Origin: Thermoleophilia bacterium
Lineage (GTDB): Bacteria > Actinomycetota > Thermoleophilia > Gaiellales > F1-60-MAGs149
Assembly (NCBI GenBank): GCA_009694475.1
Contig: SHUX01000002.1
Location: 1-55,268 of the forward strand
Length of the DNA: 55,268 nucleotides
Reading direction: 5' to 3'
Of the stretch, positions 9,092-19,395 are shown piece after piece. The notes beneath the pieces were generated by a model, which saw only the letters and a program-made list of their open reading frames with translations, had not been told where the DNA came from and searched no databases. The position numbers were made by a program, and so were the translations under genes. The stretch's first letter is position 1. Every line of letters begins with the position of its first letter.

Positions 9092-10147
9092 GTGAGTGCT
9101 AACGCCCCCGCAACTGGTGCGCCTGAACTGATCGTTGTCATGCGCGCGTCCGCGACGCCCGAAGAGGTGGCGCACGTCGTCGCCCTGATCGAAGAGGCCG
9201 GCGCTGGCGTCCACGTTGACGCTGGTGGCGAGTTTACGGTGATCGGTGCGATCGGTGATCGAGCGATCGTGGCGGGCCTGCCGCTCGAGGCCGTTAACGG
9301 CGTCGAGAAAGTCGTGCCGCTGCGCAAGGAGTACAAGCGCGTCTCGCGCGAATTCCGTTCGCGCGACACGGTCGTGACCGTTGGTGGGAGCCCGATTGGC
9401 GGCGGTAACTTTGCGATGCTGGCTGGTCCCTGCTCGATCGAGTCCTACGAGCAGACGCTCGCTTCGGCCCAGGCCGTCAAGGCCGCCGGTGGCGTTGTCC
9501 TGCGCGGTGGCGCCTACAAGCCACGCACCTCGCCTTACGCCTTTCAAGGTCTCGGCCTTGAGGGTCTTCGCATCCTGCGCGCCGTCGGCGACGAGGTTGG
9601 CCTGCCCGTCACCACCGAGCTGATGGACGCACGCGACTTGGCAGACGTGGTCGAGCACGTCGACATGATCTGGATCGGCGCCCGCAACATGCAGAACTTC
9701 AACCTGCTTAGTGAGGTCGGCCGCGCACCGCGCCCGGTGATGCTCAAGCGCGGCATGTCCGCCACGGTTGAAGAGCTCCTGATGGCCGCCGAGTACGTTG
9801 CCAAGGAAGGCAACGACGACATCATCCTCTGCGAGCGCGGTATTCGTACCTTTGAGCGCTCGACCCGCTTTACGCTCGACGTCGGTGCGATTCCCGTGCT
9901 CAAGGCCGAGACGCACCTGCCGGTCATCGTTGATCCGTCGCATGCCGCTGGCAAGCGTTCGCTCGTGATGCCCCTCGCGATGGCTGCTGTTGCCGCTGGC
10001 GCTGATGGCCTGATCGTGGAGACGCATCCGACGCCGGAGCACGCCTTGTCCGATGCGGCCCAGCAGATTCCCTCGGCGGAGTTCGGCGCGTTCGTCGCCG
10101 ACATCGAGCGCCTGCTCGCTGTCACCGGCCGGACGCCCAGTCGGTAG
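9092..10147 (+). CDS. 3-deoxy-7-phosphoheptulonate (DAHP) synthase, type I-beta, with an N-terminal ferredoxin/ACT-like regulatory domain
   Basis: Catalytic core LAGPCSIES, GGAYKPRTSPYAFQGLG and DPSHA. It is preceded by an extra N-terminal domain of about 70 aa. Confidence 0.9.
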   Translation: MSANAPATGAPELIVVMRASATPEEVAHVVALIEEAGAGVHVDAGGEFTVIGAIGDRAIVAGLPLEAVNGVEKVVPLRKEYKRVSREFRSRDTVVTVGGSPIGGGNFAMLAGPCSIESYEQTLASAQAVKAAGGVVLRGGAYKPRTSPYAFQGLGLEGLRILRAVGDEVGLPVTTELMDARDLADVVEHVDMIWIGARNMQNFNLLSEVGRAPRPVMLKRGMSATVEELLMAAEYVAKEGNDDIILCERGIRTFERSTRFTLDVGAIPVLKAETHLPVIVDPSHAAGKRSLVMPLAMAAVAAGADGLIVETHPTPEHALSDAAQQIPSAEFGAFVADIERLLAVTGRTPSR

Positions 10148-10154
10148 GTCGGCC

Positions 10155-11273
10155 ATGCAGGTCGCGATCGCCGGCCTCGGTCTGATGGGTGGCAGTCTCG
10201 GTCTCGCCTTGCGCGAGCATGCCGGCGCCCACGTCACCGGGTTCGATTTGGATCCTGCTGAGGCAGCTGTAGCGCTCGAGCGTGGCTCTGTCGACCGGAT
10301 CGCCGACTGCTTGGAGGAGGCCTGCGTTGGTGCCGAACTCGTGATCGTCGCGACACCGGTTTCGGTGATCGGCAGCGTTGTTGAGGCGGCCCTTGCCGCC
10401 ACCGACGAGAACGTCACGATTACCGACATTGGCTCGACCAAGGGTCAGGTTGTCGCCTCTGTGCCCGCCGCTGGGCGGGCGCGTTTTATTGGCGGGCATC
10501 CGATCTGTGGTTCTGAGGCTCACGGCGCAGCCCATGCGCGTGCAGAACTGTTTACGGGCGCGACGTACTTCTTGACGCCCTCCGTCGAGTCCGAGCCTGC
10601 GCGACTTGCGTCGCTGCATGCGCTCGTGACGACGATCGGCGCGCGTCCGGTCGTGATCGACGCTGCTGCCCACGATCGCATCGTGGCGCTGACCAGCCAC
10701 TTCCCTCACGTGCTCGCCAACGTGCTCGCCGTACAGGTCGCTGACGCCGATGTTGATGGGCATAGCCCACTGCATTCGGCGGGTGGCTCCTTTCGAGATA
10801 TGACCCGTGTGGCCGGTGCAAACCCTGCAATTTGGGTCGATATCTTGCTCGACAATCGTGAGGCTGTCTTGGCCGCTGTCGAGGACGCGCAAGCCCGCCT
10901 TGGTGTTGTGGCAGCGGCCTTGCGCTCGTCAGACAATGCGTTTCTCGAGCAGTGGATTGGTGCAGCGGGTGAAGCACGTCGCGCCGCGCTTGCCCAGGCC
11001 CATCGTGCTGCGCCCGAGGATCTGCACGAGCTGATGGTTTCGGTACCAGACCGACCGGGTTCGATCTCTGCGATTGTGCAGACGCTCTCGGCTGGTGGTA
11101 TCAACATCGAGGAGTTCGCGCTCAGTCATATCTCGCCCGAGCGCGGTGGCGAGCTGCGGATTGTGATCGCGGGTGAGGCTGCTGCCGAGCGAGCCGTCGC
11201 GCTGTTGACAGCCACGGGCTGTATTGCCACACGCGACGTCATCAGCGGCGGCGCTCAGGGTGGTGCCGAGTGA
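10155..11273 (+). CDS. tyrA: prephenate dehydrogenase with a C-terminal ACT domain
   Basis: Rossmann motif VAIAGLGLMGGSLGLAL, then GGHPICGSE, then an ACT-like tail. The ORF-track start 10053 overlaps the DAHP synthase gene, so I prefer ATG 10155. Confidence 0.9.
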   Translation: MQVAIAGLGLMGGSLGLALREHAGAHVTGFDLDPAEAAVALERGSVDRIADCLEEACVGAELVIVATPVSVIGSVVEAALAATDENVTITDIGSTKGQVVASVPAAGRARFIGGHPICGSEAHGAAHARAELFTGATYFLTPSVESEPARLASLHALVTTIGARPVVIDAAAHDRIVALTSHFPHVLANVLAVQVADADVDGHSPLHSAGGSFRDMTRVAGANPAIWVDILLDNREAVLAAVEDAQARLGVVAAALRSSDNAFLEQWIGAAGEARRAALAQAHRAAPEDLHELMVSVPDRPGSISAIVQTLSAGGINIEEFALSHISPERGGELRIVIAGEAAAERAVALLTATGCIATRDVISGGAQGGAE

Positions 11274-12580
11274 ACACGCCCTGGAAGGTTCTTGGCTCGG
11301 GCCCGCTGGTTGGCGAGTTCGTTGTCAACGGTGACAAGTCGGTCAGTCATCGTGCGTTGTTGATTGGTGCACTCTGCGACGGCCCCGTTGAGGTTGAGGG
11401 CTGGGGCGATTCGGCCGATACCCGCGCGACTCTCGAAGCCGTCCGTGCACTGGGCGTCCAGGTTGACGACCACGGCGCTGGCCGCCTAACCGTGCATGGA
11501 GTTGGACTGACGGGACTGAAGCCTCCGGCTGGAGCGATCGACGTGCAGAACGCGGGCACGCTGATGCGGCTGCTGAGTGGCATCTTGGCGATGCAGCCAA
11601 GCGGAGTCTTCACGCTCGACGGCGACGCCTCGATTCGCACGCGCCCGATGGAGCGTGTTGCCGCCCCGCTGCGCGCCATGGGTGCCAGCATCGAGACGAC
11701 GGCTGGCTGCCCACCTGTCGTCGTACAGGGTGGTCAGGGCCTGGTCGGGATGGAGCACGTGATGGAGGTCTCCTCTGCGCAGGTCAAGTCGGCCTTGTTG
11801 TTGGCTGGTCTGCGCGCGAATGGGCCGACCACCGTCGTCGAAGAGACGGCGACACGCGACCACACCGAGCGCATGTTGCGCGCTGCTGGAGCGACCGTCC
11901 ATACGACGGGTGGTCGCTTGGTGATCAGTCCGGTCGAGCGGCTTCAGCTCGACAAGGTCGAAGTGCCGGGCGATATCTCGTCGGCTGCCTTCCTGATTGT
12001 CGCGGCCACGATCATTCCCGAGTCGCGAATCTTCTTGCGCAGCATTGGCATCGGCGCTGGGCGCACAGGTGTGCTTGATGTGCTGGAGCGCATGGGTGCT
12101 CGCGTCGCGCTCTTTAATCGCCGCACGACGGCTGCGGGCGAGCCCGTAGCGGACCTCGAGGTTGCACACGCAGAGCTCTCGGCGACGAGCATTCGTCCCG
12201 AGGAGATCCCCAGTTTGGTTGACGAGTTGCCGATCCTCGCTCTTGCCGGTTGTGTGGCCCATGGCCGCACCCGTGTCCGCGGTGCCGGCGAGTTGCGCGT
12301 CAAGGAATCGGACCGCCTGCAGAGCGTGCGCGACGCGCTCTGGAGCGTTGGTGGTCACATCGATGTTGAGGACGACGGCTGGTTTATTCGTGGTGTGCCC
12401 GTGCGCTTGCGCGGCGGGACCGTCGAATCGCACGGGGACCATCGCATTGCGATGTTGGGTGCAATTGCTGGCCTGTACTCCGAACAGGGCGTCACGATTA
12501 TTGATTCGGAGGCGATCAACGTCTCGTTTCCTGGCTTCCGACCGTTGATCGAGGCGGCGATGGCGGTGCGGCGATCATGA
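11270..12580 (+). CDS. aroA: 3-phosphoshikimate 1-carboxyvinyltransferase (EPSP synthase)
   Basis: GDKSVSHRAL, NAGT.MRLL, KESDR and DHRIAM motifs. The GTG overlaps the tyrA TGA. Confidence 0.95.
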   Translation: MNTPWKVLGSGPLVGEFVVNGDKSVSHRALLIGALCDGPVEVEGWGDSADTRATLEAVRALGVQVDDHGAGRLTVHGVGLTGLKPPAGAIDVQNAGTLMRLLSGILAMQPSGVFTLDGDASIRTRPMERVAAPLRAMGASIETTAGCPPVVVQGGQGLVGMEHVMEVSSAQVKSALLLAGLRANGPTTVVEETATRDHTERMLRAAGATVHTTGGRLVISPVERLQLDKVEVPGDISSAAFLIVAATIIPESRIFLRSIGIGAGRTGVLDVLERMGARVALFNRRTTAAGEPVADLEVAHAELSATSIRPEEIPSLVDELPILALAGCVAHGRTRVRGAGELRVKESDRLQSVRDALWSVGGHIDVEDDGWFIRGVPVRLRGGTVESHGDHRIAMLGAIAGLYSEQGVTIIDSEAINVSFPGFRPLIEAAMAVRRS

Positions 12581-13143
12581 TCATCACGATTGATGGTCCC
12601 GCGGGGGCAGGTAAGTCGACCGTCTCGAAGGCTCTCGCCATTCGGCTCGATTATCGCTACCTCGATACGGGTGCGATGTACCGAGCGGTCACGCTGGTCG
12701 CTCTCGAAACGGGTGAGGAGCCGATTGCAGTCGCTCAGGGTGATACCTGGAGCGCACGTCTCGACGATCCAGCACTGCGGTCCGACGCTGTTGATGCCGC
12801 CGTCTCCGCGGTCTCGCGACAACCCGAGGTGCGCGAGGCACTGCGCGGTCAGCAGCGAGCGATTCTCGCCCAAGGCAATGCGGTTGCCGAGGGGCGCGAT
12901 ATTGGCTCTGTTGTTTGGCCCCATGCCGAGTTGAAGGTCTGGCTCGATGCCTCGCCCGAGGAGCGTCGTCGTCGCCGGGCTGCCGAGCGCGGTGCCGAGG
13001 CAGGCGATGTTGCTCTCGAGCGTGACCGACAGGACGCCGCTCAGATGCTGGTGCCTGAGGACAGCGTGCGGGTCGAGACGGATGGTCTGACGATTACCGA
13101 GGTGATCGAGCGAATCGTTGCGCTGGTTGAGGGGCAGGCATGA
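12577..13143 (+). CDS. cmk: cytidylate kinase
   Basis: IITIDGPAGAGKSTVSKALA P-loop. ATGA overlap with aroA. Confidence 0.95.
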   Translation: MIITIDGPAGAGKSTVSKALAIRLDYRYLDTGAMYRAVTLVALETGEEPIAVAQGDTWSARLDDPALRSDAVDAAVSAVSRQPEVREALRGQQRAILAQGNAVAEGRDIGSVVWPHAELKVWLDASPEERRRRRAAERGAEAGDVALERDRQDAAQMLVPEDSVRVETDGLTITEVIERIVALVEGQA

Positions 13144-13847
13144 GCGAGCGCGAAATGCGGTGGGACGGCTACAAGGTGATGACGCCGGAACGCTCGTGGA
13201 ACGTCTGGTGGTTCCTCGTTCGTGGTCCGGTGACGCTCTTTTCGAAGATGCGGGTCTGGGGTCGCGAGCGAGTGCCTTTGACTGGGCCGGTGGTGCTCGC
13301 CTCGAACCATCAGTCGTTCTATGACATTTTTGTGCTCGGCTCGGCGATGCGCCGCCCGATTTTCTACATGGCGAAAACCGAGCTCTTTGAGAACCCGGTC
13401 ATCGACAGGATCATCACGCATGCGGGTGCCTTCCCTGTGCGGCGTGGCGAGGTTGACCGTGGCGCCCTCGAAGCGGCCAAGGAGGTGCTGGAGCGCGGTG
13501 ATGTGCTCGGCATCTTTATCGACGGAACCCGCCATCACACGGATGCCGTTGGTGAGGTGCGGGCAGGCGCCGCGATGATCGCCGCCCAGGCCGGCGCGCC
13601 CGTCGTGCCGGTCTACATCCATGGCACCGATCAGATCGTTGACGCTCCACGGACGCCCGTTAGTGTGACGTTTGGACGACCGATCATGATCTCGGGCCGG
13701 GGCAGCAAGGCGTACCGTGCGGGAGCAGAGCAGATTGCTTCGGAGTTACGCCGTCTGCAGGCATTTGCCGAGAGCGCAGAACGCGCCGGGCGACCAAAGG
13801 ACGCAATTCCGCCGGAAGCCCCGGCAGAGACGGATGGTGGACGGTGA
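13140..13847 (+). CDS. plsC: 1-acyl-sn-glycerol-3-phosphate acyltransferase
   Basis: NHQSFYD (HX4D) and FPVRRG/IFIDGTR acyltransferase blocks. ATGA overlap with cmk. Confidence 0.85.
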   Translation: MSEREMRWDGYKVMTPERSWNVWWFLVRGPVTLFSKMRVWGRERVPLTGPVVLASNHQSFYDIFVLGSAMRRPIFYMAKTELFENPVIDRIITHAGAFPVRRGEVDRGALEAAKEVLERGDVLGIFIDGTRHHTDAVGEVRAGAAMIAAQAGAPVVPVYIHGTDQIVDAPRTPVSVTFGRPIMISGRGSKAYRAGAEQIASELRRLQAFAESAERAGRPKDAIPPEAPAETDGGR

Positions 13848-15244
13848 GCGGACGAGAGCCACCACGGTCGCGCAAACAACGCGGACACGAGTTTGACGAC
13901 GAGGCCAACGAAGCGGGAGAGGTCCCCTCTGAGTTGCCGCTGATCGGCGTCGTTGCCGTTGTTGGCTATCCGAACGTCGGCAAGTCGACGCTCTGCAACC
14001 GTCTTGCGGGTCGTCGCGATGCCGTCGTGCATTCCGAGCCCGGTGTGACGCGCGATCGTAAGGACGTCGATGTCGAGTGGAACGGCAAGCGCTTCCGTCT
14101 CGTTGATACGGGCGGTATTGATTTTGGTGGCCAGACGTTGATGGCCGAAGAGGTTGCCGATCAGGCTCGGACCGCGCTCGCAGAGGCCGATATGGCGCTG
14201 TTTGTCGTCGATGCCAAGGCGGGTGTGATGCCCGGTGACCTTGAGGTTGCAGAGATTCTCCGACGTCAGCGTAACCCCGTCATTCTCGTGGCGAACAAGG
14301 CTGAGGGTGGTCAGGGCGACACGAATGCGCTGCAGTTCCACCAACTCGGTCTGGGCGATCCGGTTCCGGTCTCGGCGATCCACGGCTCTGGCAGTGGTGA
14401 TCTTTTGGATCTGATCGTGGAGGGGCTCGGCGAGTTGCCGGACGCGGCGCGGATGGAGCACGTCGCCGACGAGATCGGCGTGGCCGTACTCGGTCGTCCG
14501 AACGTCGGCAAGTCATCGCTGTTCAACGCTCTGATCGGCCAGCCGCGCGTAATCGTGTCGGATATTCCTGGCACCACACGCGACGCGATCGACACGCGCC
14601 TCGTGCGTGGGGAGACGGCCTTTCGGCTGGTCGACACAGCCGGCATGCGGCGCAAGCGCCACCTGCGCCAAGACGTGGAGTACTGGAGCGAAAAGCGGGC
14701 GCTGACGGCTGCCGAGCACGCGGACATCGCGCTGGTGCTGATCGATGGCGAAGAGGGCTTTGTCGACCACGATTTGGATGTGGCCGACGCCGCCCGTAAG
14801 GCTGGCTGTGCCACGCTCGTCGTCGTCTCCAAGTGGGACGCCACCGAGATCGATCTGGACGACCTGCGCCTGCGCATCGAGCGCAAGTTGCGGCAGCGAC
14901 CACAGATCGTAACGACCTCAGCGATCACCGGCCGCGGCCTCGATCGCCTGCTCGATCGCATCGAAGAGCTCTACGCCGCCTATACGAGCCGGATGCCTAC
15001 GCCGGCCGTCAACCGTGTCTTGCAGGATGCCGTGGCGGCACGACAGCCACCGCTGGTGCATGGTCGGCGCCTGAAGTTGATCTACGGCGCCCAGGTGCAG
15101 ACGCGCCCGCCACGGTTTCGTATCACAGTTAACGATCGCAAGCTAATCACCCGCGACTACGCGTACTTTCTCGAGAACCGGCTTCGTGAGGCGGCGGGAC
15201 TTGAGGGCTGCCCGGTCGTCGTGGATATGGTTGCGCGCAGCTAG
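13844..15244 (+). CDS. der: ribosome biogenesis GTPase Der (EngA)
   Basis: Two tandem G domains (GYPNVGKST and GRPNVGKSS) plus a KH-like C-terminus. GTGA overlap with plsC. Confidence 0.95.
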   Translation: MSGREPPRSRKQRGHEFDDEANEAGEVPSELPLIGVVAVVGYPNVGKSTLCNRLAGRRDAVVHSEPGVTRDRKDVDVEWNGKRFRLVDTGGIDFGGQTLMAEEVADQARTALAEADMALFVVDAKAGVMPGDLEVAEILRRQRNPVILVANKAEGGQGDTNALQFHQLGLGDPVPVSAIHGSGSGDLLDLIVEGLGELPDAARMEHVADEIGVAVLGRPNVGKSSLFNALIGQPRVIVSDIPGTTRDAIDTRLVRGETAFRLVDTAGMRRKRHLRQDVEYWSEKRALTAAEHADIALVLIDGEEGFVDHDLDVADAARKAGCATLVVVSKWDATEIDLDDLRLRIERKLRQRPQIVTTSAITGRGLDRLLDRIEELYAAYTSRMPTPAVNRVLQDAVAARQPPLVHGRRLKLIYGAQVQTRPPRFRITVNDRKLITRDYAYFLENRLREAAGLEGCPVVVDMVARS

Positions 15245-15250
15245 CCGGCG

Positions 15251-15829
15251 CTACGCCCCGCGCGTGTTCCAGCGCAATATCACGGGCGTTTCGCGCTCCC
15301 AGCCGAGCAGCGAGACGGTGGCCGTATCGAGGCGGAAGTAGCGGCCAGCGCCGGGATCGAGCCCCAGCCAGCGCGCCGCCAGCACGCGCAGAACGTGGCC
15401 GTGGGCGACGATCAGCGTCGTGCCTTCCGAGGCTCGGGCCGTAACAATCACCCGATCCACGCGGGCAGCGACATCGGCAGCCGTCTCGCCGTTTAGGCAG
15501 GGTTGCGACCAGACGGTCCAGGTCGGCACAGTCTCGCGAATCTCGACTGTCGTGATGCCCTCGTAGATCCCGTAGTCCCATTCCATCAGATCGGCGTCGA
15601 TCGTCACGGGCTGGCTAAGGTTGAGGAGTTCGCAGGTTTCGCGTGCGCGGGCCAGCGGACTCGTGCGCACGTGGTCTATCTCGAGCGCCTGAACAAGTGC
15701 GGCGGCGGTGCGTGCCTCCTCGCGCCCCTGATCGGTCAGGGAAACGTCGGTGCGGCCAGTGTGGCGACCATTCAGGCTCCATTCCGTCTGACCATGACGA
15801 ACGAGGGCGATCTGCGAGGCGCTGGCCAT
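15251..15829 (-). CDS. histidine phosphatase (phosphoglycerate mutase) family protein
   Basis: LVRHGQTEWS..GRHTGRTD RHG motif and a downstream AHGH motif. Confidence 0.85.
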   Translation of the reverse strand: MASASQIALVRHGQTEWSLNGRHTGRTDVSLTDQGREEARTAAALVQALEIDHVRTSPLARARETCELLNLSQPVTIDADLMEWDYGIYEGITTVEIRETVPTWTVWSQPCLNGETAADVAARVDRVIVTARASEGTTLIVAHGHVLRVLAARWLGLDPGAGRYFRLDTATVSLLGWERETPVILRWNTRGA

Positions 15830-15836
15830 GCCGCGG

Positions 15837-15842
15837 ATACTG
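15837..15842 (-). promoter_or_regulatory. candidate -10 box CAGTAT for the leaderless histidine phosphatase gene
   Basis: On the minus strand: CAGTAT, then a 7-nt spacer, then ATG (15829). This is a weaker match to TAnnnT than the other boxes. Confidence 0.25.
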
Positions 15843-15905
15843 GCAGATCAGGATCCGGATTACATCCAGCCGATCCCGAGCGAGGAAACGTGGGCGGCGG
15901 TGGGT

Positions 15906-15911
15906 ATACTC
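15906..15911 (+). promoter_or_regulatory. candidate -10 box TATACT upstream of the LCP gene (leadered)
   Basis: GGGTATACT lies in the divergent intergenic region. There is no start codon within 6-9 nt, so a 5' UTR is expected. Confidence 0.3.
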
Positions 15912-15967
15912 AGATCACCGCTCAGAGACGTGGTTCGTTGAGCCACGCCGCTGGAGTGCTCTGCTCT

Positions 15968-18073
15968 GTGGAGACGCCAACGCCCCCACCCGACGACGCC
16001 GACGATGCTGTGACGCCTGAAGATCCGGCGGTTGCCGCGCCTGCTACGGACGCGGCGAATGCCGATGTGCTCGCGGCGAATGCAGCCAAGGCGGCCGTCG
16101 CGTTGCCAACGAAGCCGGCCATGAAGGTCCATCGCGCTGACGGGGCTCTGCCGGCGCCATCTGAGGTGCCCGTGGCAGCGGCTGGCAGTGATGGTGGCGG
16201 TGGCACACGCGGGCCAATGAAGGTCTACAGCACAGAAGCGAAGCGTCCGCGCCGACGTTGGCCGAAGGTCGTCGGCATCGTTGTGGGTCTGCTGGTACTG
16301 GTAGGGCTTGCCGCCGGTGGCTACGCCTACTGGTACCTGCAAGAGACCGTGGCGGCGATCACCCATACAGAAGACAAGCAGCAACAGGTTGCCGAAGAGG
16401 GGCTCGCAATCGCCCTGCCGAACCAGCCGATCACGGCGCTGGTGATTGGCGAGGATCGCCGCTCGGGTGAGGGCGCGGGCCGGTCGGACACGATGATGAT
16501 GGTCCGGATCGATCCGCGCACCAAGTCGATCGCCACGATGTCCATCCCGCGCGATCTCGTCGTCAACGTGCCCGGCTATGGTCGCCGACCAATCAATGAG
16601 GCCTACGAACTCGGAAATGAACCACTTGCACTCGCCACCGTCAAGGAACTGACCGGTATCCAGATCAACTACCTGATACCACTCGACTTTCACGCCTTCC
16701 AGCGCATCGTTGCCACGTTCGGCGGGGTCTGGCTTCCGATTGACCGTCGCTACTACAACAGCAACGATGGCTCGGCCGAGAACAACTTTATGTCGATCAA
16801 CATCCAGCCGGGCTACCAACTCGTCAACGGTGCCAATGCGCTGGCCTTCGCCCGCTATCGCCACACCGATTCCGACCTTGTGCGGTTGGCGCGTCAGCAG
16901 ACCTTTGTCCGCGAATTCAAAAAGCGCGTCGATCGCTGGGGCTTCGCCGCCCGCATCATCGAACTGATCTCGATCATGCGCGACAACCTCAAAGTGCTTG
17001 GTTCGAACAAGAAGCCAGCCGATGCGCGCACGCTGCTCGAGTACGGCCGGCTGATTGCGAGTGTTCCCCGGGGCAACGTGGTGCAGGTGCGTCTCGATGA
17101 TATCTCGAGTTCGGCGACGAACCCTGGCAAACTGGAGGCCTCGCCGCAGGCGGTCAAGGCTGCTGTCGACAAGTTTCTCAATCCGGACCTCCAGTCGGGC
17201 CAGGCGATCGCCAGTCGCGATATCGGTAAGGACAGCAAAGTCAAGGTCGTCAAGCCAACCTATGACGCAGCTACGATCGGTGTCGAGGTACGCAACGGCA
17301 ACGGGACGCCTGCTGCCGCGGCCGATGCCGCCTGGCAGTTGGTCGAGAACGGCTGGAAACTGGCCCACAGTGCAGGCGATTCACTGGTCCAGTATCTGCA
17401 CACGACGGTCTACTACGATGATTCGACGAAGGGTGCGAAAGACGCGGCACGCGCAATCGCAGAATCCTTCGGCAGCGATTCGGACGTCAAGGCACTCGCG
17501 GCACCCTCGATTGCTGAGATGCAAGAGAACGGCATTGACATTGTGGAGCCCGTTGTCGTATTGATCGGCAAGACCTACACGGGCGATCTAGCACCGCCGA
17601 AGGTCGCCGTGCTACCCCCGAAGGAGGAGGCACAGATCGATCGCGACCCGACACGCGATGTCGACATGTGGCGTGACGCTCAACGTAAAGCGGGTATCCC
17701 GCTGATGATGCCCACCGTGGTCTACGCCGGTGCGCAGACTCGCGATCCGCTCTTCGCGACCCAACCGCCGGCACGCGTCTACAAGACCGGTGGTCATAAG
17801 GCCGTCTACGTCACGTACTCGGCCGACGCCTACGATCAGGTCTTCGGAGTGCAGGCGATCGAGTGGGTATCACCACCGATTCTCGATGGTCCGTCCGCAA
17901 CGCGAAATTACAAGGGGCGGACGTTGTTGCTTTACTTCAACGGTGCGACGCTGCAGCGTGTCGCGTGGAAGCAGAATGGCATCAGTTACTGGCTGGAGAA
18001 CTCATTGACGGGGCGAATCCCGAATTCGGCGATGATCGCGATGGCGAAGAGCTTCAAGCCGGTGACGCGGTGA
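15968..18073 (+). CDS. LytR-CpsA-Psr (LCP) family cell-envelope glycopolymer ligase with LytR_C and an extra C-terminal domain
   Basis: A Pro/Ala-rich N-terminus, a TM segment (VVGIVVGLLVLVGLAAGGYAYWY) and the LCP core (ALVIGEDRR...RSDTMMMVRIDP...SIPRDL). The start is uncertain: GTG 15968, ATG 16121 and ATG 16217 are all in frame. The ORF-track start 15503 overlaps the phosphatase gene. Confidence 0.8.
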   Translation: METPTPPPDDADDAVTPEDPAVAAPATDAANADVLAANAAKAAVALPTKPAMKVHRADGALPAPSEVPVAAAGSDGGGGTRGPMKVYSTEAKRPRRRWPKVVGIVVGLLVLVGLAAGGYAYWYLQETVAAITHTEDKQQQVAEEGLAIALPNQPITALVIGEDRRSGEGAGRSDTMMMVRIDPRTKSIATMSIPRDLVVNVPGYGRRPINEAYELGNEPLALATVKELTGIQINYLIPLDFHAFQRIVATFGGVWLPIDRRYYNSNDGSAENNFMSINIQPGYQLVNGANALAFARYRHTDSDLVRLARQQTFVREFKKRVDRWGFAARIIELISIMRDNLKVLGSNKKPADARTLLEYGRLIASVPRGNVVQVRLDDISSSATNPGKLEASPQAVKAAVDKFLNPDLQSGQAIASRDIGKDSKVKVVKPTYDAATIGVEVRNGNGTPAAAADAAWQLVENGWKLAHSAGDSLVQYLHTTVYYDDSTKGAKDAARAIAESFGSDSDVKALAAPSIAEMQENGIDIVEPVVVLIGKTYTGDLAPPKVAVLPPKEEAQIDRDPTRDVDMWRDAQRKAGIPLMMPTVVYAGAQTRDPLFATQPPARVYKTGGHKAVYVTYSADAYDQVFGVQAIEWVSPPILDGPSATRNYKGRTLLLYFNGATLQRVAWKQNGISYWLENSLTGRIPNSAMIAMAKSFKPVTR

Positions 18074-19395
18074 GTACGCGAGAGACCGTCGGCGTGATCG
18101 GCGTCGGCTACGTGGGGCTTGTCACTGCCGCCTGTCTTGCCGAGCTCGGCCATCACGTCGTCTGTCGAGATATCGTGGCTGAGCGGGTGGAAATGTTACA
18201 GCGCGGCGAGGTGCCGATCCACGAGCCGGGCGTCCCCGAACTCCTGCAACGCAACGCTGAGCGCCTGACGTTTACGCTCGACATGGAGGACGTCTTTCGC
18301 GATGCGCGGATCGCGATTATCTGTGTCGACACGCCACCGACTGCGTCTGGCGATGCCGACCTGTCGCGTGTCGAGGCCGTTATCGACGCCTTGCCGGCGA
18401 GCGCAGAGGGTGCCGTGCTCGTGATGAAGTCAACCGTGCCCGTGGGGACTGGCGATCGCGTGCGTTCCGAGCTCGATGCGCGTGGTCGTGAAGATGTCGG
18501 CTACGTCTCGAATCCCGAGTTTCTGCGCGAGGGCTCGGCGGTTGCCGATTTTCGCCAGCCAGACCGCGTCGTCGTCGGTGGCGACCGCCCCGACGATGTC
18601 GAGCGCGTGGCGCGGCTCTATCAGGATCTCAACGCGCCGATTCTGACGACCGATACGGCCTCGGCCGAGATGATCAAGCTCGCCTCCAACGCCTTTCTTG
18701 CGACGAAGATCTCGTTTATCAACGAGATCGCAAACGTCTGCGAACGCGTTGGCGCTGATGTCGAGGAGGTGGCGCGTGGAATGGGCATGGACTCGCGCAT
18801 TGGCCAGAGTTTCCTGCGACCCGGCATTGGCTATGGTGGCAGCTGCTTCCCGAAGGATGTCACGGCGCTCAAGCAGTTGGCCGGCAACACGGGCTACTCG
18901 TTCCAATTGTTGGCCAGCGTAATCGAGGTCAACGAACTGCAGAAGCGGCGTGTGATCGGCAAGCTCCAGGACCGGCTTGGCTCGTTGCGCGAGCGCAGGA
19001 TCTGCCTGCTTGGTTTGGCCTTCAAGCCGCAGACAGATGATATGCGCGAGGCCTCGAGCATCGTGCTGGCTGCGCGCCTTGTTGCCGAAGGGGCGCACGT
19101 TGTTGCTTTCGACCCGGTCGCTAGCGAACGTGCGCGCGGCGTGTTGCCTGCAGTCGTCGAGCTTGCGGATTCGCTGCTGGCCGCTGTCGCCAACGCTGAT
19201 GCGCTGGTGATCGTGACGGAGTGGCCCGAGTTTCGAGCCGTGCTGTCGCCAGAGGTCCACGCCGCCATGCGTGGGACGCTGATTGTCGACGGCCGCAACC
19301 TGCTCGACCCCGACGAGGCTGTGCGGGCGGGCTTTACGTATCTGCCGATTGGTCGTGCTGAGCGCGACCCGGAGCGCGAGCTGCGTAAGGCGTGA
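18070..19395 (+). CDS. ugd: UDP-glucose 6-dehydrogenase
   Basis: VGVIGVGYVGLVTAACLA Rossmann motif and the catalytic GGSCFPKD. GTG 18070 overlaps the LCP TGA. The ORF-track start 17863 lies inside the LCP gene. Confidence 0.9.
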   Translation: MSTRETVGVIGVGYVGLVTAACLAELGHHVVCRDIVAERVEMLQRGEVPIHEPGVPELLQRNAERLTFTLDMEDVFRDARIAIICVDTPPTASGDADLSRVEAVIDALPASAEGAVLVMKSTVPVGTGDRVRSELDARGREDVGYVSNPEFLREGSAVADFRQPDRVVVGGDRPDDVERVARLYQDLNAPILTTDTASAEMIKLASNAFLATKISFINEIANVCERVGADVEEVARGMGMDSRIGQSFLRPGIGYGGSCFPKDVTALKQLAGNTGYSFQLLASVIEVNELQKRRVIGKLQDRLGSLRERRICLLGLAFKPQTDDMREASSIVLAARLVAEGAHVVAFDPVASERARGVLPAVVELADSLLAAVANADALVIVTEWPEFRAVLSPEVHAAMRGTLIVDGRNLLDPDEAVRAGFTYLPIGRAERDPERELRKA

